From Eledone cirrhosa (taxonomy: Eukaryota), in assembly GCA_964016885.1 (NCBI GenBank), contig OZ024742.1:366420001-366484000 (forward strand): a DNA stretch of 64,000 bases. Reading direction: 5' to 3'. Below the pieces are notes generated by a model, which worked only from the letters and a program-made list of their open reading frames with translations, had not been told where the DNA came from and ran no database searches. The number at the start of each line of letters is the position of its first letter. The stretch's first letter is position 1. Below are positions 22,244-33,400 of this stretch, one piece after another. The position numbers and the translations under genes were made by a program.

Positions 22244-22999
22244 ATATATATATATATATATATATATATGGAGGAGGGGTATGTGTGTGTGAGTTAAGCC
22301 ATTATTAAACTAGTTATACCATTATTCAGTATATTACTCGATGCTTGCTATAGTAGAGGATGACTATATTATAAAGTGCTGGGTATCAACGGCTGAGCTC
22401 TTGCCGTTTTGACTGTTCTAGACATAAGTTTACCTACATACACTGACATAGTTTACCTCTTACGTATGTCTTGACATATTTGATTTAACTGTTGAAACAC
22501 AACAGCTGCTGAGTCAAGATAATTCCATCAATTTATCGAGTATTAAAGTCATATCCAATATATATATCCCACATGTGTTTTCATTAAACGTTGTTCTATT
22601 AGGACAGTTCTGTACAATATCTTGTTATAGAATTAAATTACGGATGACGTGGAATATTTTAAACGACAATGATTGATCTTTCTTCGGGAATTTTTTCTCG
22701 GACTTAATTTTTTAAGTACAGAAGAGTGAATTACTAAGAGGAGATAATTAGACTTGTGTATTATGGACAGGAAAGGGAAGATGTAATCTGTTACCCTCAA
22801 CAAGAAAAAGTAAAATATTTGTTTCCGTTCCTTTTCATGTTCTGAATTCAAATATGGCGGCTTATTCTGTCATCGTTCCTGGGAACAAAACATATAATAC
22901 CAGTCATATTATAGGGGTAACGATAATATTATCAAATATACCTCTGTCTTAAATATACTGCCCTGTACATATGTTAGGAGTCATTATTTAGTCCACTCA

Positions 23000-23225
23000 G
23001 GGCAGTGAATTGGAAGAATCGGCAGAGCATCGGACACCATGTTTTGTGCCATAGGGTTACGGCTCTTTACGGCCTGAGTTCAAATCCCGTCGAGTTTAGC
23101 TTTGCATATCGTCCATAAAGGGTCGATAAGATAAAGCACCAGTAATGTACTGGTGTCGATTTAATCGAGGCCCCCCCCCCACACTCAACTAGTCGGCTTT
23201 GTGCCTAGAGCAGAAACCATTATTT
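23000..23225 (+). mobile_element. Near full-length diverged OK-like SINE
   Basis: GGCAGTGAATTGGAAGAATCG head, GAGTTCAAATCC B box, GGGTCGATAAGATAAAGCACCAG...TACTGGTGTCGATTTAATCGA, 3' end TTTGTGCCTAGAGCAGAAACCATTATT. Confidence 0.75.
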
Positions 23226-23334
23226 ATTCTCTATTTAAATCTCTCCCTGTTTATTTTGCCTTTCAACCTTCTGGGAACAATAAAAATATAATCCCAGTTA
23301 AATACTGGGGATATTATATACTCGATTAATCCAT

Positions 23335-23422
23335 TGTTCCAAAGACACAACGTACCTCCGAGAATCGAACTCACGAGCTGATCATCTCAAGCTGACGACC
23401 CTAACCATTAAACCACGTACCT
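23335..23422 (-). mobile_element. SINE tRNA-like head
   Basis: Reverse B box GAATCGAACTC and reverse A box CCCTAACCATTAAACCACG. Confidence 0.65.
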
Positions 23423-23689
23423 TCTATGGTCCACAGTATATAAATTAGATCCACATCAGTTATCTCCCATCCTTGTGGAGTATTGAACCTCCGTCGGTCC
23501 TGACCACCAGTCTTCCAGGTGTTCAGACAAAGGAACAGTTTACTCATTAAATCAACGTGCAAGTAGCCGAGCATCCCCCAGAAACGGATGTCTCTAACGC
23601 AGTGACACAGTAACACAATGACGAAGTGTAGGACAAGACAATAAAAATGCAAGACAACAAATAGAACAAAATAGAATTGATCTTTGCCA

Positions 23690-24104
23690 GCTGGGTGGAC
23701 TGGACATCTTGAAAATTGAGTTATGATTAAAAGAATGATATCGAATACAAGCGTTCGAAATGGGGTCCACCGAAGGATCTTTGGGGTAACGTTAATCGAC
23801 AGAGTTCGAAGCCTGTAGATGAGAGAGTCACTCGAGATAGAGCCGCTACTTATCCAAACTAAGAAATCACAGCTCTCATACTATGGACATGTGGTTAGAA
23901 TGTCTCAGGAAAGAATCGCTGGACAGATTATATAGGCAAAAACAACTGACAGGATACACAGGGGTAGAACCCGAGTAATATGGTTGGGTAACAACCATGA
24001 GCTTGGCTAGTCTCACTTGAAGTAGTGTTTGACGACTCTGTCCCCACAGCCCTCTCAGGAAGAAGAAGAAGAAGAAGAAGAAGAAGAAGAAGAAGAAGAA
24101 GAAG
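23690..24104 (+). mobile_element. Decayed 3' end of an RTE-clade LINE with (AAG)n tail
   Basis: Frameshifted motifs RIQAFEM, RRIFGVTLIDRVRS, SQLSYYGHVVRMSQERIA, RGRTRVIWL, followed by (AAG)n. Confidence 0.85.
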
Positions 24105-24139
24105 ATGAAAAACAACAACAACAACAACAACAACAACAA

Positions 24140-24240
24140 GGATGAACTGAGACAAAGTGAAAGAGCACACTACCGGGAATCGAACTCTCAAATGTCGAAT
24201 CAGGAAGCGAACCCCCCTTGACACTACGCCATGCAGCTTC
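24140..24240 (-). mobile_element. SINE head fragment
   Basis: Reverse B box CCGGGAATCGAACTC and reverse A-box-like CACTACGCCA. Confidence 0.55.
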
Positions 24241-24439
24241 TGTGGTGTCCACAATAGATGTCCGTTCTGCTTCACCTGTGTCCTATCTACTACAAAACCA
24301 ATCACCTTCAACTCCATCATATCACTTGGCCAACATCCTATCAAACCGATGATCGATAAAACTGCTTCGCTACATTAACTTCCCAGCTTTTATGTTATTG
24401 ATGTTGTTATCGTCGTTATTGTTGATATTGTTGTTGATA

Positions 24440-27400
24440 TTGTTGGTGGTGTTGGTGGTGGTGGTGTTGGTGGTGATGGTGTTAGTGGTGGTGGTGTTAG
24501 TGTTGGTGGTGTTAGTGGTGGTGGTGTTAGTGGTGGTGGTATTGGTGGTGGTGGTGTTGGTGGTGGTGGTGTTAGTGTTGGTGGTGTTGGTGGTGGGGTG
24601 TTGGTGGTGGTGGTGTTAGTGGTGGTGGTGTTGGTGGTGGTGGTGTTGGTGGTGGTGGTGTTAGTGTTGGTGGTGGTAGTGGAGGTGGTGTTGGTGGTGG
24701 TGGTGTTAGTGGTGGTGGTGTTAGTGTTGGTGGTGTTAGTGGTGGTGGTGTTAGTGGTAGTGGTGGTGTTGGTGGTGGTGTTAGTGGTGGTGGTGTTGGT
24801 GGTGGTGGTGTTAGTGGTGGTGGTGTTAGTGGTGGTGGTGTTAGTAGTAGTGGTGGTGTTGGTGGTGGTGTTAGTGGTGGTGGTGTTGGTGGTGGTGGTG
24901 TTAGTGTTGGTGGTGTTAGTGGTGGTGATGTTAGTGGTGGTGGTGTTAGTGGTGGTGGTGTTGGTGGTGGTAGTGTTAGTGGTGGTGGTGTTAGTGGTGG
25001 TGGTGTTGGTGGTGGTGGTGTTGGTGGTGGTGGTGTTAGTGGTGGTGGTGTTAGTGTTGGTGGTGTTAGTGGTGGTGGTGGTAGTGGAGGTGGTGTTGGT
25101 GGTGGTGGTGTTAGTGGTGGTGGTGGTAGTGGAGGTGGTGTTGGTGGTGGTGGTGTTAGTGGTGGTGGTGTTGGTGGTGGTGGTGTTGGTGGTGGTGGTG
25201 TTAGTGGTGGTGGTGTTGGTGGTGGTAGTGTTAGGGGTGGTGGTGTTAGTGGTGGTGGTGTTAGTGGTGGTGGTGTTGGTGGTGGTGGTGTTGGTGGTGG
25301 TGGTGTTAGTGTTGGTGGTGTTAGTGTTGGTGGTGTTAGTGGAGGTGGTGTTGGTGGTGGTGGTGTTAGTGTTGGTGGTGTTAGTGTTGGTGGTGTTAGT
25401 GGTGGTGGTGTTAGTGGTGGTGGTGTTAGTGGTGGTGGTGTTAGTGTTGGTGGTGTTAGTGTTGGTGGTGTTAGTGTTGGTAGTGTTAGTGGTGGTGGTG
25501 TTGGTGGTGGTGGTGTTGGTGGTGGTGGTGTTAGTGTTGGTGGTGTTAGTGTTGGTGGTGTTAGTGGAGGTGGTGTTAGTGGAGGTGGTGTTGGTGGTGG
25601 TGGTGTTAGTGGTGGTGGTGTTAGTGTTGGTGGTGTTAGTGGTGGTGGTGTTGGTGGTGGTGGTGTTAGTGTTGGTGGTGTTAGTGTTGGTGGTGTTAGT
25701 GGTGGTGGTGTTAGTGGAGGTGGTGTTGGTGGTGGTGGTGTTAGTGTTGGTGGTGTTAGTGTTGGTGGTGTTAGTGGTGGTGGTGTTAGTGGTGGTGGTG
25801 TTAGTGGTGGTGGTGTTAGTGTTGGTGGTGTTAGTGTTGGTGGTGTTAGTGTTGGTAGTGTTAGTGGTGGTGGTGTTGGTGGTGGTGGTGTGTTGGTGGT
25901 GGTGGTGTTAGTGTTGGTGGTGTTAGTGTTGGTGGTGTTAGTGGAGGTGGTGTTAGTGGAGGTGGTGTTGGTGGTGGTGGTGTTAGTGGTGGTGGTGTTA
26001 GTGTTGGTGGTGTTAGTGGTGGTGGTGTTGGTGGTGGTGGTGTTAGTGTTGGTGGTGTTAGTGTTGGTGGTGTTAGTGGTGGTGGTGTTAGCGGAGGTGG
26101 TGTTGGTGGTGGTGGTGTTAGTGTTGGTGGTGTTAGTGTTGGTGGGTGTTAGTGGTGGTGGTGTTAGTGGTGGTGGTGTTAGTGTTGGTGGTGTTAGTGT
26201 TGGTGGTGTTAGTGTTGGTGGTGTTAGTGTTGGTGGTGTTAGTGGTGGTGGTGTTAGTGGAGGTGGTGTTGGTGGTGGTGGTGTTAGTGTTGGTGGTGTT
26301 AGTGTTGGTGGTGTTAGTGGAGGTGGTGTTGGTGGTGGTGGTGTTAGTGTTGGTGGTGTTAGTGTTGGTGGTGTTTAGTGGTGGTGGTGTTAGTGGTGGT
26401 GGTGTTAGTGGTGGTGGTGTTAGTGTTGGTGGTGTTAGTGGTGGTGGTGTTAGTGTTGGTGGCGTTAGTGGTGGTGGTGTTAGTGGTGGAGTGTTAGAGG
26501 TGGTGGTGTTAGTGGTGGTGGTGTTAGTGGTAGTGGTGTTAGTGGTGGTGGTGTTAGTGGTGGTGGTGTTAGTGTTGGTGGCGTTAGTGGTGGTGGTGTT
26601 AGTGTTGGTGGCGTTAGTGGTGGTGGTGTTAGTGGTGGAGTGTTAGGGGTGGTGGTGTTAGTGTTGGTGGTGTTAGTGGTGGTGGTGTTAGTGGTAGTGG
26701 TGTTAGTGGTGGTGGTGTTAGTGGTGGTGGTGTTAGTGTTGGTGGCGTTAGTGGTGGTGGTGTTAGTGGGTGGTGTTAGTGGTAGTGGTGTTAGTGGTGG
26801 TGGTGTTAGTGGTGGTGGTGTGAGTGTTGGTGGTGTTAGTGTTGGTGGTGTTAGTGGTGGTGGTGTTAGTGGTGGTGGTGTTAGTGTTGGTGGTGTTAGT
26901 GGTGGTGGTGTTAGTGGTGGTGGTGTTAGTGGTGGTGGTGTTAGTGTTGGTGGTGTTAGGGGGTGGTGGTGTTAGTGGTGGTGGTGTTAGGGGTGGCGGT
27001 GTTAGTGGTGGTGGTGTTAGTGGTGGTGGTGTTAGTGGTGGTGGTGTTAGTGTTGGTGGTGTTGGTGGTGGTGGTGTTAGTGGTGGTGGTGTTAGTGTTG
27101 GTGGTGTTAGTGGTGGTGGTGTTAGTGGTGGTGGTGTTAGTGTTGGTGGTGTTAGTGTTGGTGGTGTTAGTGGTGGTAGTGTTAGTGCTAGTGGTGTTAG
27201 TGTTGGTGGTGTTAGTGTTGGTGGTGTTGGTGGTGGTGGTGTTAGTGGTGGTGGTGTTAATGGTAGTGGGTGCTAGTGTTGGTGGTGTTAGTGGTGGTGG
27301 TGTTAGTGGTGGTGGTGTTAGTGGTAGTGGTGTTAGTGGTGGTGGTGTTGGTGGTGGTGGTGTTGGTGGTGTTAGTGTTGGTGGTGTTAGGGGTGGTGGT

Positions 27401-30400
27401 ATTAGTGGTGGTGGTGTTAGTGTTGGTGGTGTTGGTGGTGGTGGTGTGTTAGTGGTGGTAGTGTTAGTGGTAGTGGTGATAGTGGTGGTGGTGTTAGTGG
27501 TGGTGGTGTTAGTGGTAGTGGTGTTAGTGGTGGTGGTGTTGGTGGTGGTGGTGTTGGTGGTGTTAGTGGTGGTGGTGTTAGTGGTGGTGGTGTTAGTGGT
27601 GGTGGTGTTAGTGTTGGTGGTGTTAGTGGTGGTGGTGTTAGTGTTGATGGCGTTAGTGGTGGTGGTGTTAGTGGTGGTGGTGTTAGTGGTGGTGGTGTTA
27701 GTGTTGGTGGCGTTAGTGGTGGTGGTGTTAGTGTTGGTGGCGTTAGTGGTGGTGGTGTTAGTGGTGGAGTGTTAGGGGTGGTGGTGTTAGTGTTGGTGGT
27801 GTTAGTGGTGGTGGTGTTAGTGGTAGTGGTGTTAGTGGTGGTGGTGTTAGTGGTGGTGGTGTTAGTGGTGGTGGTGTTAGTGGTGGTGGTGTTAGTGTTG
27901 GTGGTGTTAGGGGTGGTGGTGTTAGTGGTGGTGGTGTTAGGGGGTGGCGGTGTTAGTGGTGGTGGTGTTAGTGGTGGTGGTGTTAGTGGTGGTGGTGTTA
28001 GTGTTGGTGGTGTTGGTGGTGGTGGTGTTAGTGGTGGTGGTGTTAGTGTTGGTGGTGTTAGTGTTGGTGGTGTTAGTGGTGGTGGTGTTAGTGGTGGTGG
28101 TGTTAGTGGTGGTGGTGTTAGTGGTGGTGGTGTTAGTGTTGGTGGTGTTGGTGGTGGTGGTGTTAGTGGTGGTGGTGTTAGTGTTGGTGGTGTTAGTGTT
28201 GGTGGTGTTAGTGGTGGTGGTGTTAGTGGTGGTGGTGTTAGTGGTGTTGGTGTTGGTGGTGTTGGTGTTGGTGGTGTTGGTGTTGGTGGTGTTAGTGTTG
28301 GTGGTGTTAGGGGTGGTGGTGTTAGTGTTGGTGGTGTTAGGGGTGGTGGTGTTAGTGGTGGTGGTGTTAGTGGTGGTGGTGTTAGTGGTGTTGGTGGTGT
28401 TAGTGTTGGTGGTGTTAGTGATGGCGGTGTTAGTGTTGGTGGTGTTAGGGTGGTGGTGTTAGTGGTGGTGGTGTTAGTGGTGGTGGTGTTAGTGGTGGTG
28501 GTGTTAGTGGTGGTGGTGTTAGGGGTGGTGGTGTTAGTGTTGGTGGTGTTAGTGTTGGTGGTGTTAGGGGTGGTGGTGTTAGTGTTGGTGGTGTTAGTGT
28601 TGGTGGTGTTAGTGGTGGTAGTGTTAGTGGTGGTGGTGTTAGTGTTGGTGGTGTTAGTGTTGGTGGTGTTGGTGGTGGTGGTGTTAGTGGTGTTGGTGTT
28701 GGTGGTGTTGGTGGTGTTAGTGTTGGTGGTGTTAGTGTTGGTGGTGTTAGTGTTGGTGGTGTTAGGGGTGGTGGTGTTAGTGGTGGTGGTGTTAGTGGTG
28801 GTGGTGTTTGTGGTGGTGGTGTTAGTGTTGGTGGTGTTAGTGTTGGTGGTGTTAGTGTTGGTGGTGTTGGTGGTGGTGGTGTTAGTGGTGCTGGTGTTAA
28901 TGGTAGTGGTGCTAGTGTTGGTGGTGTTAGTGGTGGTGGTGTTAGTGGTGGTGGTGTTAGTGGTAGTGGTGTTAGTGGTGGTGGTGTTGGTGGTGGTGGT
29001 GTTGGTGGTGTTAGTGTTGGTGGTGTTAGGGGTGGTGGTGTTAGTGGTGGTGGTGTTAGTGTTGGTGGTGTTGGTGGTGGTGGTGTTAGTGGTGGTAGTG
29101 TTAGTGTTAGTGGTGATAGTGGTGGTGGTGTTAGTGGTGGTGGTGTTAGTGGTAGTGGTGTTAGTGGTGGTGGTGTTGGTGGTGGTGGTGTTGGTGGTGT
29201 TAGTGTTGGTGGTGTTAGGGGTGGTGGTGTTAGTGGTGGTGGTGTTAGTGGTGGTGGTGTTAGGGGTGGTGGTGTTAGTGTTGGTGGTGTTAGTGGTGGT
29301 GGTGTTAGTGGTGGTGGTGTTGGTGGTGGTGGTGTTGGTGGTGTTAGTGGTGGTGGTGTTAGTGGTGGTGGTGTTAGTGTTGGTGGTGTTAGTGTTGGTG
29401 GTGTTAGGGGTGGTGGTGTTAGTGGTGGTGTTGTTAGTGTTGGTGGTGTTAGTGTTGGTGGTGTTAGTGGTGGTGGTGTTGGTGGTGGTGGTGTTGGTGG
29501 TGCTAGTGGTGGTGGTGTTGGTGGTGGTGGTGTTAGTGTTGGTGGTGTTAGTGTTGGTGGTGTTAGGGTGGTGGTGTTAGTGGTGGTGGTGTTAGTGTTG
29601 GTGGTGTTAGTGTTGGTGGTGTTAGTGGTGGTAGTGTTAGTGGTAGTGGTGATAGTGGTGGTGGTGTTAGTGATGGTGGTGTTAGTGTTGGTGGTGTTAG
29701 TGGTGGTGGTGTTAGGGGTGGTGGTGTTGGTGGTGGTGGTGTTGGTGGTGTTAGTGTTGGTGGTGTTAGGGGTGGTGGTGTTAGTGGTGGTGGTGTTAGT
29801 GGTGGTGGTGTTAGTGTTGGTGGTGTTAGGGGTGGTGGTGTTAGGGGTGGTGGTGTTAGTGGTAGTGGTGTTAGTGGTGGTGGTGTTGGTGGTGGTGGTG
29901 TTGGTGGTGTTAGTGTTGGTGGTGTTAGGGGTGGTGGTGTTAGTGGTGGTGGTGTTAGTGGTGGTGGTGTTAGTGTTGGTGGTGTTAGGGGTGGTGGTGT
30001 TAGTGTTGGTGGTGTTAGTGGTGGTGGTTTTAGTGGTGGTGGTGTTAGTGGTGGTGGTGTTAGTGTTGGTGGTGTTAGTGTTGGTGGTGTTAGTGGTGGT
30101 GGTGTTAGTGTTGGTGGTGTTAGTGGTGGTGGTGTTAGTGTTGGTGGTGTTAGGGGTGGTGGTGTTAGTGTTGGTGGTGTTAGTGGTGGTGGTGTTAGTG
30201 GTGGTGGTGTTAGTGGTGGTGGTGTTAGTGTTGGTGGTGTTAGTGGTGGTGGTGTTAGTGTTGGTGGTGTTAGTGTTGGTGGTGTTAGTGGTGGTGTGTT
30301 AGGGGTGGTGGTGTTAGTGGTGGTGGTCTTAGTGTTGGTGGCGTTAGTGTTCGTGGCATTAGTGTTGGTGGTGTTAGTGGTGGTGGTGTTAGTAGTGGTG

Positions 30401-33400
30401 GTGTTAATGGTGGTGGTGTTAGGTGTGGTGTGTTAGGGGTGGTGGTGTTAGTGGTGGTGGTGTTAGTGGTGGTAGTGTTAATGGTGGTGGTGTTAGGGGT
30501 GGTGTGTTAGGGGGGGTGGTGTTAGTGGTGGTGGTGTTAGTGGTGGTGGTGTTAATGGTGGTGGTGTTAGGGGTGGTGTGTTAGGGGTGATGGTGTTAGT
30601 GGTGGTGGTGTTAGTGGTGGTAGTGTTAGTGTTCGTGGCAATAGTGTTGGTGGTGTTAGTGGTGGTGGTGTTAGTGTTCGTGGCATTAGTGTTGGTGGTG
30701 TTAGTGGTGGTGGTGTTAGTAGTGGTGGTGTTAGTGGTGGTGGTGTTAGTGTTGGTGGTGTTAGTGGTGGTGGTGTTAGTGGTGGTGGTGTTAGTGGTGG
30801 TGGTGTTAGTGGTGGTGGTGTTAGTGGTGGTGATGTTAGGGGTGGTGGTGTTAGTGTTGGTGGTGTTAGGGGTGGTGGTGTTAGTGTTGGTGGTGTTAGT
30901 GTTGGTGGTGTTAAGTGGTGGTGGTGTTAGTGGTGGTGGTGTTAGTGTTGGTGGTGTTAGTGTTGGTGGTGTTAAGTGTTGGTGGTGTTAGTGGAGGTGA
31001 TGTTAGGGGTGGTGGTGTTAGTGTTGGTGGTGTTAGGGGTGGTGGTGTTAGTGGTGGTGATGTTAGGGTTGGTGGTGTTAGTGGTGGTGGTGTTAGTGTT
31101 GGTGGTGTTAGTGGTGGTGGTGTTAGGGGTGGTGGTGTTATTGTTGGTGGTGTTAGGTGTGGTGGTGTTAGTGGTGGTGGTGTTAGGGGTGGTGGTGTTA
31201 GTGTTGGTGGTGTTAGTGGTGGTGGTGTTAGTGGAGGAGGTGTTAGTGGTGGTGGTGTTAGTGGTAGTGGTGTTAGTGGTGGTGGTGTTGGTGGTGTTGG
31301 TGGTGTTAGTGTTGGTGGTGTTAGTGGTGGTGGTGTTAGTGGTGGTGGTGTTAGTGGTGGTGGTGTTAGTGGTGGTGGTGTTAGGGGTGGTGGTGTTAGT
31401 GGTGGTGGTGTTAGTGGTGGTGGTGTTAGTGGTGGTGGTGGTGTTAGTGGTGGTGGTGTTAGTGGTAGTGGTGTTAGTGGTGGTGGTGTTGGTGGTGTTG
31501 GTGGTGTTAGTGTTGGTGGTGTTAGTGTTGGCGGTGTTAGTGTTGGTGGTGTTAGTGGTGGTGGTGTTAGTGGTGGTGGTGTTAGTGTTGGTGGTGTTAG
31601 GGGTGGTGGTGTTAGTGGTGGTGGTGTTAGTGGTGGTGGTGTTAGTGGTAGTGGTGTTAGTGTTGGTGGTGTTAGTGTTGGTGGTGTTAGTGGTGGTGGT
31701 GTTAGTGGTGGTGGTGTTAGTGTTGGTGGTGTTGGTGGTGGTGGTGTTAGTGGTGGTGGTGTTAGTGGTGGTGGTGTTAGTGTTGGTGGTGTTAATGGTG
31801 GTGGTGTTAGTCGTGGTGTTAGTCGTGGTGGTGTTAGGGGTGGTGGTGTTAGTGGTGGTGGTGTTAGTGGTGGTGGTGTTAGTGGTGGTGGTGTTAGTGG
31901 TGGTGGTGTTAGGGGTGGTGGTGTTAGTGGTGGTGGTGTTAGTGGTGGTGGTGTTAGTGGTGGTGGTGTTAGTGGTGGTGGTGTTAGTGGTAGTGGTGTT
32001 AGTGGTGGTGGTGTTGGTGGTGTTGGTGGTGTTAGTGTTGGTGGTGTTAGTGTTGGCGGTGTTAGTGTTGGTGGTGTTAGAGGTGGTGGTGTTAGTGGTG
32101 GCGGTGTTAGTGGTGGTGGTGTTAGTGGTGGTGGTGTTAGTGTTGGTGGTGTTAGTGGTGGTGGTGTTAGTGGTAGTGGTGTTAGTGTTGGTGGTGTTAG
32201 TGTTGGTGGTGTTGGTGGTGGTGGTGTTAGTGTTGGTGGTGTTAGGGGTGGTGGTGTTAGTGGTAGTTGTGTTAGTGTTGGTGGTGTTAGTGTTGGTGGT
32301 GTTAGTGGTGGTGGTGTTAGTGGTGGTGGTGTTAGTGTTGGTGGTGTTGGTGGTGGTGGTGTTAGTGGTGGTGGTATTAGTGGTGGTGGTGTTAGTGTTG
32401 GTGGTGTTAGTGGTGGTGGTGTTAGTGGTGGTGGTGTTAGTGGTGGTGGTGTTAGTGGTGGTGGTGTTAGTGGTGGTGGTGTTAGTGTTGGTAGTGTTAG
32501 TGTTGGTGGTGTTAGTGTTGGTGGTGTTAGTGTTGGTAGTGTTAGTGTTAGTGGTGTTGGTTGTGGTGGTGTTAGTGGTGGTGGTGTTAATGGTAGTGGT
32601 GCTAGTGGTGGTGGTGTTGGTGGTGTTGGTGTTGGTGCTGGTGGTGTTAGGGGTGGTGATGTTAGTGTTGGTGGTGTTAGTGTTGGTGGTGTTAGTGGTG
32701 GTGGTGTTAGTGGTGGTGGTGTTAGTGGTGGTGGTGTTAGTGTTGGTGGTTTTAGTGTTGGTGGTGTTAGTGGTGGTGGTGTTAGTGGTGGTGGTGTTAG
32801 TGGTGGTGGTGTTAATGGTAGTGGTGCTAGTGGTGGTGGTGTTGGTGGTGTTAGTGTTGGTGGTGTTAGTGGTGGTGGTGTTAGTGTTGGTGGTGTTAGT
32901 GGTGGTGGTGTTAGTGTTGGTGGTGTTAGTGTTGGTGGTGTTAGTGGTGGTAGTGTTAGTGGTGGTGGTGTTAGTGGTGGTGTTAGTGGTGGTGGTGTTA
33001 GTGGTAGTGGTGTTAGTGGTGGTGGTGTTTGTGGTGGTGGTGTTGGTGGTGTTAGTGTTGGTGGTGTTAGGGGTGGTGGTGTTAGTGGTGGTGGTGTTAG
33101 TGTTGGTGGTGTTAGTGGTGGTGGTGTTAGTGTTGGTGTTGTTAGTGGTGGTGGTGTTAGTGTTGGTGGTGTTAGTGGTGGTGGTGTTAGTGGTGGTGGT
33201 GTTAGTGGTGGTGGTGTTAGTGGTGGTGGTGTTAGTGTTGGTGGTGTTAGTGGTGGTGGTGTTAGTGGTGGTGGTGTTAGTGGTGGTGGTGTTAGTGGTG
33301 GTGGTGTTAGTGTTGGTGGTGTTAGTGGTGGTGGTGTTAGTGTAGGTGCTGTTAGTGGTGGTGGTGTTAGTGGTGGTGGTGTTAGTGTTGGTGGTGTTAG

